Origin: a virus
Lineage: Duplodnaviria; Caudoviricetes
Virus record (IMG/VR): IMGVR_UViG_3300032212_000677
Location: 1 to 36,462 of that record
Direction: 5' to 3' (one strand)
DNA: 36,462 nt
Positions 27,250-35,143 of this stretch are shown piece by piece (the stretch's first letter is position 1; every line of letters begins with the position of its first letter). The notes under the pieces are model-generated. The model saw only the letters and a list, made by a program, of their open reading frames with translations. It was not told the DNA's origin and ran no database searches. The position numbers and the translations under genes were made by a program.

Positions 27250-27917
27250 AGCTGCCCCTCGATCGGCGGATCGGCCTCGAGGCTTTTGCGGCGTCGCAAG
27301 GCCTGGCAGATCCCCTTAGTGATTTCTGAACCGCTGGCGAACCAGCGTAGGTCGCGCATCATCACGCGCCTGGGTGTTCGGCTGTCGGCCGAGACGCGCA
27401 GTGAGAAACACAGCTCGCGCAGCTCGTCGGCCCAGAGGATATCCAAGGCACCGCTCGGTAGCGCGACCTGCAGCGCCAGGTCCGGCGCGCGCCATCGCGA
27501 GCTGACGTCGTAGCAGCCCTGCTCGGCCGCACGCTGGCGCTTTGGGTAAAGCCAGACCCGGGTGGCGCGGCGCGCCTGGTCAGGCCGGCGGCCACGATAG
27601 TGCACCCCGTCGCGCTCGTAATGCGAGGCCATGGCATTGGTGGTCTGCTCGACCAGAAATTTCTCGTGGATCGCCGCGATCGCAGCATGGGCGCAACCGA
27701 GCATCGCCTGGATCTGCGTCTCGAGGCGATCGAGTTTGTCCTTTTTCGACTTAATCTCGACGGCGAAGATCTCCGATCGATCAACCGCGAGCACGTCGAT
27801 CCGATTATTACCGAACTGGATTTCGTGCAGGATCCTGGCGCCGGGCCGTAGCCGGCGCAGATTGGCCACGACAGCGTCGCGGATCTTGGCCTCGTCGCTG
27901 CTACGGTGTGCCGGCAT
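27246..27917 (-). CDS. PD-(D/E)xK nuclease-fold protein
   Basis: HE....RIDVLAV......VEIKSKKDKLDRL..Q motif; ATG 27917. Confidence 0.75.
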   Translation of the reverse strand: MPAHRSSDEAKIRDAVVANLRRLRPGARILHEIQFGNNRIDVLAVDRSEIFAVEIKSKKDKLDRLETQIQAMLGCAHAAIAAIHEKFLVEQTTNAMASHYERDGVHYRGRRPDQARRATRVWLYPKRQRAAEQGCYDVSSRWRAPDLALQVALPSGALDILWADELRELCFSLRVSADSRTPRRVMMRDLRWFASGSEITKGICQALRRRKSLEADPPIEGQL

Positions 27918-28239
27918 CAGCGCCCCCCTTGCCGACGTGCCATTCTGAACGGATGGCACGAACATGCCGACCCGCTGCCATGACAGACATTCCAAGCGCT
28001 GTGGCTACGTCCGTTTTGTTCGCGCCCAGATGATCGCGTAGAAATTCGCGAACCCGGTGGCGGTTTTGTGCACCAAGCTGGGCGCCTGGGCTGCTAACGC
28101 GCTCCGCGCCCCGCAGGACGTCGTCTTTCAGGATATAGCTGGGCGGTGCGTCGCAACTAAGTATGCCAGTAACGCAGTCACATGCAGCAGAATGATCCGC
28201 CCAGATTGCGCCACAACCGGCGCACGACAAACGCCTCAT
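27901..28239 (-). CDS. small Cys-rich/HTH protein
   Basis: CAGC...CDC N-terminus; KTDVATALGMSVMAAGRHVRAI HTH; ATGA overlap. Confidence 0.65.
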   Translation of the reverse strand: MRRLSCAGCGAIWADHSAACDCVTGILSCDAPPSYILKDDVLRGAERVSSPGAQLGAQNRHRVREFLRDHLGANKTDVATALGMSVMAAGRHVRAIRSEWHVGKGGADAGTP

Positions 28240-29414
28240 TTCTGCGCCCCCATCAGCTTGTCGTTGAGATCCATGCCCGCGGGCGCCGCCCAGATCCGGC
28301 TGCGCAGGCCGGGGCGCAGCTTCATGGCGCGCTGAAGTCCGGCGACCAACTGGGCCTGGGTGAATTCCGGGTCACTGTCGCCGTCCTTGATATAGACCAG
28401 CACGTCGACCCATTCCGGCGGCACAAAGGCCCGCGAATCTGCCATGTCGGGGATGGTCGACAGCCGCTTGCTGGGCCGTTTCCTGCCCGGCATCGGCACC
28501 GCGATGCGCGCGCCAGCCATGTTGCCAAGATCGATGCCGCAGATGAATGATGCGCCAGGGAACACACCCGAGACCATCGCCGTCAGCGTGGTTTCGATGC
28601 CCTCGCCCACCACCATGGTGTCGGTGCCCGGCAGATCCGCGCCGCGCGGCACCAGGTGCAGCCGGATGGTGCCGCCCTTCTTGGATCCCAGCGTTTTCTT
28701 GGCGTCGAATATCTCGCCGGGCTTGCCGGCGAATTCAACCTCGCGCGGGATCACGATCTTGCCTTTGGGTTGGTCGAGATCGAGCCAGGTGCGATGCACC
28801 CCGCCGAATGTGCCATCGGGCTGCACCATCTTGCCCAGCATCGCCGGGCCGCGGTGGATCTCCACCCAGCCGCCTTGCGCCTTGGAGTGTTCCATGTAGC
28901 GCAGATCCGGATGAAACCGGATCGATGGCGGGATCTGCGGCAGCAGCGCGCGGGTCAGGCCGCGGCGCTCGAGATAGCCGCGCACCGGGCTGTCCTCGGC
29001 CGTGATGCCGGCGCGCCAGATCTCGAGCGCGCCGGCGATCGCCTGCTGGCGCTTGCGCTCGGCAGTGTCGGCGCTCTTGGCCTTATCCTGGGCGGCGCGC
29101 TTTTCGCGGCGGGCGGCCTCGGCGGGATCCGCGGGGCGGTCGCCGCAAAGCCAGGTCAGCGCCTTGGGAAAGCTCTTGTTTTCGCATTCCATCACCAAGG
29201 CAATCTGATCGCCGCCTTTCATGTCGCATTGGTGGCAGAGAAACTGGCCGGTATTGTGGTTCACGTTAAACCGATCATTGCCGCCACAATTCGGGCACGG
29301 CCCGACCCATTCGCTCGACCGGCGGCGCATGTTCGGCAGTTGCAGCCGCTTGATCAGCAGCTCGACATCTTTGGCCTTGGCCTCATCGACGCGGGGATCC
29401 GGCGGGAAAGCCAT
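28236..29414 (-). CDS. DNA primase (Zn ribbon plus TOPRIM)
   Basis: GPCPNCGGNDRF...CHQC zinc-binding domain, GVHRTWLD, VGEGIETTL, DGD TOPRIM motif. Confidence 0.92.
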   Translation of the reverse strand: MAFPPDPRVDEAKAKDVELLIKRLQLPNMRRRSSEWVGPCPNCGGNDRFNVNHNTGQFLCHQCDMKGGDQIALVMECENKSFPKALTWLCGDRPADPAEAARREKRAAQDKAKSADTAERKRQQAIAGALEIWRAGITAEDSPVRGYLERRGLTRALLPQIPPSIRFHPDLRYMEHSKAQGGWVEIHRGPAMLGKMVQPDGTFGGVHRTWLDLDQPKGKIVIPREVEFAGKPGEIFDAKKTLGSKKGGTIRLHLVPRGADLPGTDTMVVGEGIETTLTAMVSGVFPGASFICGIDLGNMAGARIAVPMPGRKRPSKRLSTIPDMADSRAFVPPEWVDVLVYIKDGDSDPEFTQAQLVAGLQRAMKLRPGLRSRIWAAPAGMDLNDKLMGAQK

Positions 29415-29623
29415 CAGCGCCGCGCCTCTAGCCGCTGCAGCTCGGCCTTGCGCATGGCATAGGCGGCGCGCTCGGTCTCGGTTAGCGGCGCCGTCAGCTT
29501 GCGCTCGAGCGCCCAATCGATGCCGCTCAATTCCTCGAGAGTTTCATAAGCCAGGATCTTGGCGCTGCGATCGCTGGTCAGCCGGGCCAGATCGGCCTGG
29601 CTTGGACCCGGCCGGCCGGTCAT
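29414..29623 (-). CDS. hypothetical protein
   Basis: Overlapping start/stop with both neighbours. Confidence 0.7.
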   Translation of the reverse strand: MTGRPGPSQADLARLTSDRSAKILAYETLEELSGIDWALERKLTAPLTETERAAYAMRKAELQRLEARR

Positions 29624-30063
29624 TCGTCGCGCCCCGCATCAAAGCCGGCGCCGCGTTGGCGCTGCCAATCGAACAGCCCATCGGCGCCCTTTTGCGCGCT
29701 GCGGCGCGACTGAAACGACGGCGGCGCGGCGCGGTGCGGCACGTAACCCTCGGGCAGCGCATCCGCGTCGCGCAGCGCCGCCTCGGTGTGCACGATGCCC
29801 AGGTCATCCATGATCTGGTCGAGGCTTTTGAGCATCACCGCGCCCGCCTCGGCCGGCGCGCGCTCGCAACCGTCAAGAAACCCCAGGATTACGCTGCGCA
29901 GCACCGGCTCGTCCCAGGTGACGCTAAGCGCCTGGGTGGCGAACGCCAGACGGTCGCGCATAGTCAGTTGGTTCGATTTGGCCTTTAGCCCGACCGCCAG
30001 GCACCGCAGTACCAGCGCTCTGACCACTTGGCCGGCCTCGGGCTGCTGCGGCACACCACTCAT
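29620..30063 (-). CDS. hypothetical protein
   Basis: ATGA overlaps on both sides. Confidence 0.7.
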   Translation of the reverse strand: MSGVPQQPEAGQVVRALVLRCLAVGLKAKSNQLTMRDRLAFATQALSVTWDEPVLRSVILGFLDGCERAPAEAGAVMLKSLDQIMDDLGIVHTEAALRDADALPEGYVPHRAAPPSFQSRRSAQKGADGLFDWQRQRGAGFDAGRDE

Positions 30064-30887
30064 TTTCGGGCCTTCGAAAAATCTTTGAAGAAAGCTCGCG
30101 TCAACAGCATATTGACAATCGCGCGTACGCTATCGTGGCGATAGCGCGGATCCTCGCGCAGCGTGGCGGCGCGGCGGATCAGCTTTAAAAGATCATGGCG
30201 CCCCAGGAACCCGGTCAGATTCTCGACGCTGAGCCCCGGCCAGTCGCAGATCTGCAGCAACCAGGGCGCCAAGGCGGCGTCGTTGTAGTAATCTGCGCTG
30301 TCGCTGCCAGCCGCGACCAAAGCGGAAAGGCCGCGGGTGACGATCGAAGCGCCTCGGCCGGCATCGACATATTTGCGCACGAGACCGACAGAGAATACTT
30401 GGCGCGGCCTACGATGGCGCTGACCCATCGGATAGGTCATCAGCTCACAATCCGCCGCTGCGACGACCGAACGCATTTCGAGTGCCCAGGGCAGCGCGGC
30501 CGCCAGACCGGCCTTGTAGACGTGAAACACGGTCATCGCCGTGACGTTACCGTTGATCCAGGTAAAGGCCTCGGCCTGCTCGGCCGGCGTGGCGTTAACG
30601 ATCAGGGCCGGCACCCTGCTCTCGCCGATCGCGGCCGCCGCATGCACGCGATGCTGGCCGTCTACCAGCGCATAGGTGCCATCGGGGCGGCACGCCAGCA
30701 TGATCGGCTCGAACCGGGTCCAGTCGAAATTCCGGGCGATGCGCCGGATCGCGCGCCAATTCTTTTCGCCCAGCGGGCGCTGATAAGTTTCGTCAACCAG
30801 GATCCTGTCGATTGGGATCCAGTCGAGTCGGGGCCGTACACCCGGCGACGGGCAATCCGGGGTGGATCGAACTTCAATTGGACGCAT
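30060..30887 (-). CDS. ParB/Srx-like N-terminal domain protein
   Basis: VDETYQRPL, IARNFDW, LVDGQHRVHAA motif. Confidence 0.85.
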   Translation of the reverse strand: MRPIEVRSTPDCPSPGVRPRLDWIPIDRILVDETYQRPLGEKNWRAIRRIARNFDWTRFEPIMLACRPDGTYALVDGQHRVHAAAAIGESRVPALIVNATPAEQAEAFTWINGNVTAMTVFHVYKAGLAAALPWALEMRSVVAAADCELMTYPMGQRHRRPRQVFSVGLVRKYVDAGRGASIVTRGLSALVAAGSDSADYYNDAALAPWLLQICDWPGLSVENLTGFLGRHDLLKLIRRAATLREDPRYRHDSVRAIVNMLLTRAFFKDFSKARK

Positions 30888-30968
30888 GGCGAAACTGCCC
30901 TCTTAGGTTTCGTGCCGTTGTCTGCCTCACGTGCCGCCCCGCTGTTGCCGCGAGGTCAGCGGTTCGTC

Positions 30969-31706
30969 TCACCCGGTCGTTGCCGCAATTTCGCGTGCCA
31001 CCCGTTCGCAGGCGGCGACGTAGTATTCCGGGTTAATTTCAATCCCAATGGCGCGGCGCCCGCATTGGGCCGCCGCGATCAGTGTGCTGGCCGAGCCCAT
31101 GAACGGGTCCAGAACCAGCCCGCCCTGGGGACAGGAGTTCGTGATGTAGTGCCGCATCAGCCAGAGCGGCTTTTGCGTCGGGTGGATCTTGTCCTTCGCC
31201 CGCGGGCCGGCAATCAGCTGCTTGTCGCCGGGCCGGGCGATGGTCTTTGCCCCACCCTTGAAAAGGTAAAGCGTGAACTCGCAATTCTTCATATATTGCC
31301 GGTTCGGCGTCGGCGACGGCTTGCCCCAGACCAGCGTGTTGTGAAATCGCCACCCGGCGCCAAGAAAACCCTCTTGCGCCGCAGCCAGATTCCGCGCCTC
31401 GGTCATGATATAGGCCTGCGCCCGGGGCTTGGCGGCGCGAAAGACCGGCCCGCCCATCTCGCGCCAATGCACCATGTCGACAAAAAGATCGCCGGAATTG
31501 TCATATTGATCGGCGCCGAACATGCCCGACATCGAGCCGTCGCCCTTTTCGCCACGCCCGCCGCTCGTCAGACGGTAAGGCACGTCGCTGCAAATCAGGT
31601 CGGCCTTTTCGCCAAGCCCGGGCAGGATCGCCAAAGCATCACCCAGGATCAGCGTGCAGGGGCCGATCTGGTGCATATGGGCGGGGGTGCGGGGTGCAAT
31701 GGTCAT
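30969..31706 (-). CDS. orphan amino-DNA methyltransferase (m6A/m4C, beta class)
   Basis: GDAL, motif IV as DVPY, HPTQKP, motif I VLDPFMGSAST, GIEI; ATG 31706. Confidence 0.92.
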   Translation of the reverse strand: MTIAPRTPAHMHQIGPCTLILGDALAILPGLGEKADLICSDVPYRLTSGGRGEKGDGSMSGMFGADQYDNSGDLFVDMVHWREMGGPVFRAAKPRAQAYIMTEARNLAAAQEGFLGAGWRFHNTLVWGKPSPTPNRQYMKNCEFTLYLFKGGAKTIARPGDKQLIAGPRAKDKIHPTQKPLWLMRHYITNSCPQGGLVLDPFMGSASTLIAAAQCGRRAIGIEINPEYYVAACERVAREIAATTG

Positions 31707-31816
31707 GCGGCGTTTCCCACGGTACTGCGCGACAAACCGAACGCCGCCATAACTGCCGCCGTGTCGGGATAGACCACGCCGCGAACGTCGATACCGGTAT
31801 ATTTGCGAGCACCCAC
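31703..31816 (-). CDS. 37-aa ORF resembling an isolated NUMOD1/HTH-like motif
   Basis: MGARKYTGIDVRGVVYPDTAAVMAAFGLSRSTVGNAA; overlaps the upstream stop and the MTase ATG. Confidence 0.5.
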   Translation of the reverse strand: MGARKYTGIDVRGVVYPDTAAVMAAFGLSRSTVGNAA

Positions 31817-31914
31817 TATCCCGGCACCCCCACGAGCAAGGCGAGGGTTGCGGTGGCGAGCGCCCAACCAGAGGCGAGGACGCAGAACCGGACAACCGCG
31901 CGCTCAAGGCTCAC
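31816..31914 (-). CDS. 32-aa hydrophobic peptide
   Basis: GTG start, MSLERAVVRFCVLASGWALATATLALLVGVPG; weak SD. Confidence 0.35.
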   Translation of the reverse strand: MSLERAVVRFCVLASGWALATATLALLVGVPG

Positions 31915-32033
31915 AGATTCGCGCCCCACCACGCAACATGAACGGAATTCATAAAACCGGAAAAAATTCCGGAACATTCTCCGGAAAACTTTCCGCCCAG
32001 CAGTCAGGCCGGCATATCCCGCCCCAACGCGCA

Positions 32034-32396
32034 TCATTCCGCCGCGATCATGTAATGCTGATAGCTGGCCGGGAACTCGACCTCGGCAACCAGCGCTTTG
32101 TCCAGTGTCGGACGCCCCGAGCCTTTCCACCAGTTCCGCCCCGTCTTCTCATCGACCTCGAAAAACATGGATACCTCGGTCGGCCCGGAAAAATGCGCCC
32201 GCAGAAACGCCATCCAACGCGCCGGCGTCTCGTCCTGGAACTGGCGCAACAGCGTCCTTCGGCTCGACGGCGCCCGAATGGAAGGATCTCCGGAACAGTC
32301 TCCGGATGACACCGGCACCGCTGCGCTGGTCTGATGGGCATATGCCGCGTCGTTCAACTGAACCACCACCAAGGGCTGTCCGGGATACCGGATCAT
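32034..32396 (-). CDS. CII-position HTH regulator
   Basis: PTEVSMFFEVDEKTGRNWW.G...P HTH; ATGA-coupled to the cro-like gene; true start may be internal. Confidence 0.7.
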   Translation of the reverse strand: MIRYPGQPLVVVQLNDAAYAHQTSAAVPVSSGDCSGDPSIRAPSSRRTLLRQFQDETPARWMAFLRAHFSGPTEVSMFFEVDEKTGRNWWKGSGRPTLDKALVAEVEFPASYQHYMIAAE

Positions 32397-32599
32397 GCGG
32401 CATCCTCCGCACTACGCCATGCAAAGAGGCTTCGTGGTATGTTCCACCCATCGTCCCGCGCCATACGGTCCAAGACATCGAAGTATGCGGCCGGAAAAAT
32501 CCCGTCGGCGATCACGTTGGATACTTGAGCCGACGAAATGCCGAGGGCTGTTACAACCCTCTTTCGGCCAAGTCGGGAAACTACAATGCGCGGTGTCAT
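32393..32599 (-). CDS. Cro-like HTH protein
   Basis: 68 aa, LGRKRVVTALGISSAQVSN...G.FPA; divergent from the repressor; probably leaderless. Confidence 0.8.
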   Translation of the reverse strand: MTPRIVVSRLGRKRVVTALGISSAQVSNVIADGIFPAAYFDVLDRMARDDGWNIPRSLFAWRSAEDAA

Positions 32600-32605
32600 A
32601 CAGCC

Positions 32606-32635
32606 GGCATAGTTCAGTTACCCTGTACTCGTCAA
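32606..32635 (-). promoter_or_regulatory. lytic promoter with operator in its spacer
   Basis: TTGACG-N18-TATGCC ending 6 nt before the cro ATG; GTTCA-N7-TGTAC at 32612-32628. Confidence 0.6.
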
Positions 32636-32653
32636 GATACAGCATTCAAAAAT

Positions 32654-32670
32654 ATTCAGAGCATCTGAAC
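32654..32670. promoter_or_regulatory. operator
   Basis: ATTCAGAGCATCTGAAC, palindrome TTCAGA-N3-TCTGAA. Confidence 0.7.
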
Positions 32671-32705
32671 AGATGTAGACCTTGGGTACGCAACAGGAAG
32701 CCAAA

Positions 32706-32966
32706 ATGCCAGAAATGACAGCCCGCCCATACAAAGACATAGGCGCTCGAATAAAAGCGGCACGCGGCGTTTTTGGTCTTTCGCAAACGGATTTCGCGAA
32801 AAGGGCGAACTTTTCTAAGAGCCAGGTTTCAAACTGGGAGAGCGGTCTTCATCGCCCATCACTGGATAACTGCATCGCGCTGCGGGAAACGTATGGGCTA
32901 TCGATCGACTTCATTATCTTTGGCAACCTAGACGCATTGCCACACAGAATCGCCAAGGCCCTCTGA
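32706..32966 (+). CDS. CI-like XRE repressor (HTH only, 86 aa)
   Basis: IGARIKAAR...GLSQTDFA......SQVSNWESG..RPS; no S24 peptidase domain. Confidence 0.9.
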   Translation: MPEMTARPYKDIGARIKAARGVFGLSQTDFAKRANFSKSQVSNWESGLHRPSLDNCIALRETYGLSIDFIIFGNLDALPHRIAKAL

Positions 32967-33055
32967 TCGAGACCATCGGTTAACATCTGCCAATAGTCGA
33001 TTGTCAGGTTAGTCGCCTCGGACAGGGCAATCAAATAATCGAATCTGTTTGACAT
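32849..33055 (-). CDS. 68-aa convergent ORF, candidate repressor-mimic antirepressor
   Basis: SD GGAG before ATG 33055; DYLIALSEATNLTIDY aligns with repressor DNCIALRETYGLSIDF. Confidence 0.55.
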   Translation of the reverse strand: MSNRFDYLIALSEATNLTIDYWQMLTDGLDQRALAILCGNASRLPKIMKSIDSPYVSRSAMQLSSDGR

Positions 33056-33102
33056 GATTTTCTCCAAAACCCCTCCAAAAATGAGCCTGTCAGGCGCCAT
33101 AA

Positions 33103-33155
33103 GTTCAGTCAAGTTGAACTTTTAACTTGACTGTTCAGATGTTCTGAACTTATTT
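33103..33155. promoter_or_regulatory. two operators overlapping divergent promoter candidates
   Basis: GTTCA-N7-TGAAC at 33103-33119 and 33133-33149; TTGACT at 33127 (+) with TTATTT 17 nt later; TTGACT at 33112-33107 (-). Confidence 0.7.
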
Positions 33156-33187
33156 GGGCCCATCGCCACCCCGATGGAGCGCACGCC

Positions 33188-33619
33188 ATGAGCAACGTCA
33201 CATTCCTGAACCCGGCCCAGCAGGCCCGCGTCCACCGTCTGGCCGCGCGACCGCCCGCAACGCCCCCCGATCCGCGTGACACAATCCCCGACCGCCTGTT
33301 GAACCGGCTCGCCATCCCGACAACCCAGCGGCTGCGCGGCAGTCTGGCCGAGGATGAACAAATCCTGCTGGCGATGATCCTGCCCGATCTTTGCGGCGAA
33401 CTGCTGGCCTACCGGCTGGACGCCTTCGCCGCCCTTGGCCAAAGCGCCTTTGACGCGGGCTTCGATCAGATGCTGCGCACCCTGGCCGCGCACAGCCCCG
33501 AGCGTGACCAGGGCGGGATCAGCGCAGCGCATCAGCTGCTGCTGGCCCTGTACCTGCCCGCGATCTGCCACGAACTACTGGCCCACCGCCGCGCAGGCGG
33601 CACCGGCGGAGCGGCGTGA
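33188..33619 (+). CDS. early hypothetical protein with internal duplication
   Basis: SD GGAG; repeats QILLAMILPDLCGELLAYR and QLLLALYLPAICHELLAHR. Confidence 0.8.
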   Translation: MSNVTFLNPAQQARVHRLAARPPATPPDPRDTIPDRLLNRLAIPTTQRLRGSLAEDEQILLAMILPDLCGELLAYRLDAFAALGQSAFDAGFDQMLRTLAAHSPERDQGGISAAHQLLLALYLPAICHELLAHRRAGGTGGAA

Positions 33620-33706
33620 TGTACGTTGGAATAGCCAATTCAATTCTGGCGACGGTGGGTGAGTTTCGCGCTAGGATCAGACAACAGGACATTCCGGAGA
33701 AAACCG

Positions 33707-34300
33707 ATGCCGCCAGAATATTTCAATCTACCGCTCGAAATTCAGACCGCTCTGGGCGGCGGTTATCTGGCGTTCGCCATTGCCTATGCGGGATTAAGCG
33801 ATCAATACCGCGCGACGGATATCGTCTTTCGTACCATGGCATTCGGGCTCATTTCGCTCATGGCTTTTCGCCTCAGTCAACAACTGGGACCGATCGGCGC
33901 GTCTGCTTTGGGTGTGGCCGCAGCATTGGTCGCAGGCATTCTGTGGCGGGTTGTGGGCATACGACTGGTCAATCGGATCTTGGCAGGCTTGGGTGTACAC
34001 CGCGAGGATGGCACCTATTCGGCCTGGACCGCACTGATCCAGCAACCGGGGCTGACGGTCAGCCAGCTTTCTGTCCACACCAAGGATGGGCGTATCCTGT
34101 ATCAAAACGCGCTTCACGATCCGAAAGCGCACCTGAACGGAATGTACTTCGGTCGGGATGGATCGATCGTTATGGTGGTCGAGGAAGAGGAACTGCCGGA
34201 CGGCACGGAAGAAGTGCGCACAGGCGTTCGCGGCCCGGAATGGAACACTCGCGTGACCTATATTCCAGCCGATCAAATCACCCGCGTGAATTTGCGCTAA
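33707..34300 (+). CDS. membrane protein, 3 TM plus beta-rich C-terminal domain (DUF6338-like)
   Basis: SD GGAG; three hydrophobic helices; SAW, V.TKDGR, YIPADQI..V motifs. Confidence 0.75.
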   Translation: MPPEYFNLPLEIQTALGGGYLAFAIAYAGLSDQYRATDIVFRTMAFGLISLMAFRLSQQLGPIGASALGVAAALVAGILWRVVGIRLVNRILAGLGVHREDGTYSAWTALIQQPGLTVSQLSVHTKDGRILYQNALHDPKAHLNGMYFGRDGSIVMVVEEEELPDGTEEVRTGVRGPEWNTRVTYIPADQITRVNLR

Positions 34301-34301
34301 A

Positions 34302-34430
34302 CTATTTCTTTGGCGGTGGCGTAGTCGGCAACGATTGCGTGGGCGGAACACCACCCAATGGCTGGCCGCTCGGCGTTCCGGTTTGCGCAGGCTTTACGCC
34401 CCTCTCGATGATTTCTCTGGGCATGAACAT
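34302..34430 (-). CDS. 42-aa proline-rich peptide
   Basis: SD AAGGAG; MFMPREIIERGVKPAQ...PTTPPPKK; stop 1 nt from the convergent gene's stop. Confidence 0.55.
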   Translation of the reverse strand: MFMPREIIERGVKPAQTGTPSGQPLGGVPPTQSLPTTPPPKK

Positions 34431-34583
34431 GTCTCCTTTTGGGTTTGTCTCCAAGGGGATGTGGCAGGTCGCGTCTTTGTGGGGCGCGGCCTGCACCTTT
34501 GTTGATACACCGATTCGTCGACAGGCGCGCAAATTATTGTGGTGCCTGCGCCAGAAACCCCAACATCTTGGAGGTTACGCGTA

Positions 34584-34901
34584 ATGACAACCGCAATCGA
34601 TCCCCGCCTTGGTCCGTTTCTGGACCAGCTTCACCACCGCGATCTGAATGCGGCCGCGTCGCAGATCGAACGGCATGTGATCGACAGTGGCGGCTGCTGG
34701 ATGGAACCCGGCGAAGCCACCCACCTGTTCGAGATCAGCCTTTACGGCGTCACCGATCGCGGCATTGGCCGTGACGAGGCGATCGGCAACTGGATCACCA
34801 CGGCAGACGACACGCTTATCCGCGCGCGCATCGCGTCCCTGCTGGATGCGGCGGCAGCATCACTGGGCACCAATCTAATTGGCGGAGGGATTTCAACATG
34901 A
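34584..34901 (+). CDS. hypothetical protein
   Basis: SD GGAGG, ATG 34584. Confidence 0.75.
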   Translation: MTTAIDPRLGPFLDQLHHRDLNAAASQIERHVIDSGGCWMEPGEATHLFEISLYGVTDRGIGRDEAIGNWITTADDTLIRARIASLLDAAAASLGTNLIGGGIST

Positions 34902-35143
34902 TGGGGCCACTTGCTCAGGGGAACACATTGCTGGCCTACGCGCTGGCAGAGATCCATTCCGGACCCGGTACATACGCCGAAAACAGCCTGGCATGGGCGC
35001 GCCGCGTGCGGGCCGATACCACCGCCCACCCCGATACCATCCTGCGGTCCGCCTGCGAATTCATCCTGCAATACAGCGCCGACCCCCGCGAAAAGGCCAG
35101 CGCCAACGACCTGCTGGTGGTGATCCGGGCCGACGTCGCATGA
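34898..35143 (+). CDS. hypothetical protein
   Basis: ATGA overlap, SD GGAGG. Confidence 0.7.
   Translation: MMGPLAQGNTLLAYALAEIHSGPGTYAENSLAWARRVRADTTAHPDTILRSACEFILQYSADPREKASANDLLVVIRADVA

Noticed and set aside
30060-30887. ParABS plasmid-prophage partition system
   Set aside because: No ParA or parS array seen; lone ParB-like domains are common in phage early operons
27246-31706. Restriction-modification pair (MTase plus PD-(D/E)xK nuclease)
   Set aside because: The genes are 3 kb apart, separated by replication genes; orphan MTases are common in phages
30195-31772. 525-aa plus-strand ORF and other long antisense ORFs (e.g. 8781-10040, 15942-16961, 18341-19249)
   Set aside because: Shadows of well-supported minus-strand genes in high-GC DNA; no recognisable motifs
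33103-33149. Alphaproteobacterial LexA box (GTTC-N7-GTTC)
   Set aside because: The GTTC direct repeat here has a 4-nt spacer; the sites fit an inverted-repeat phage operator better
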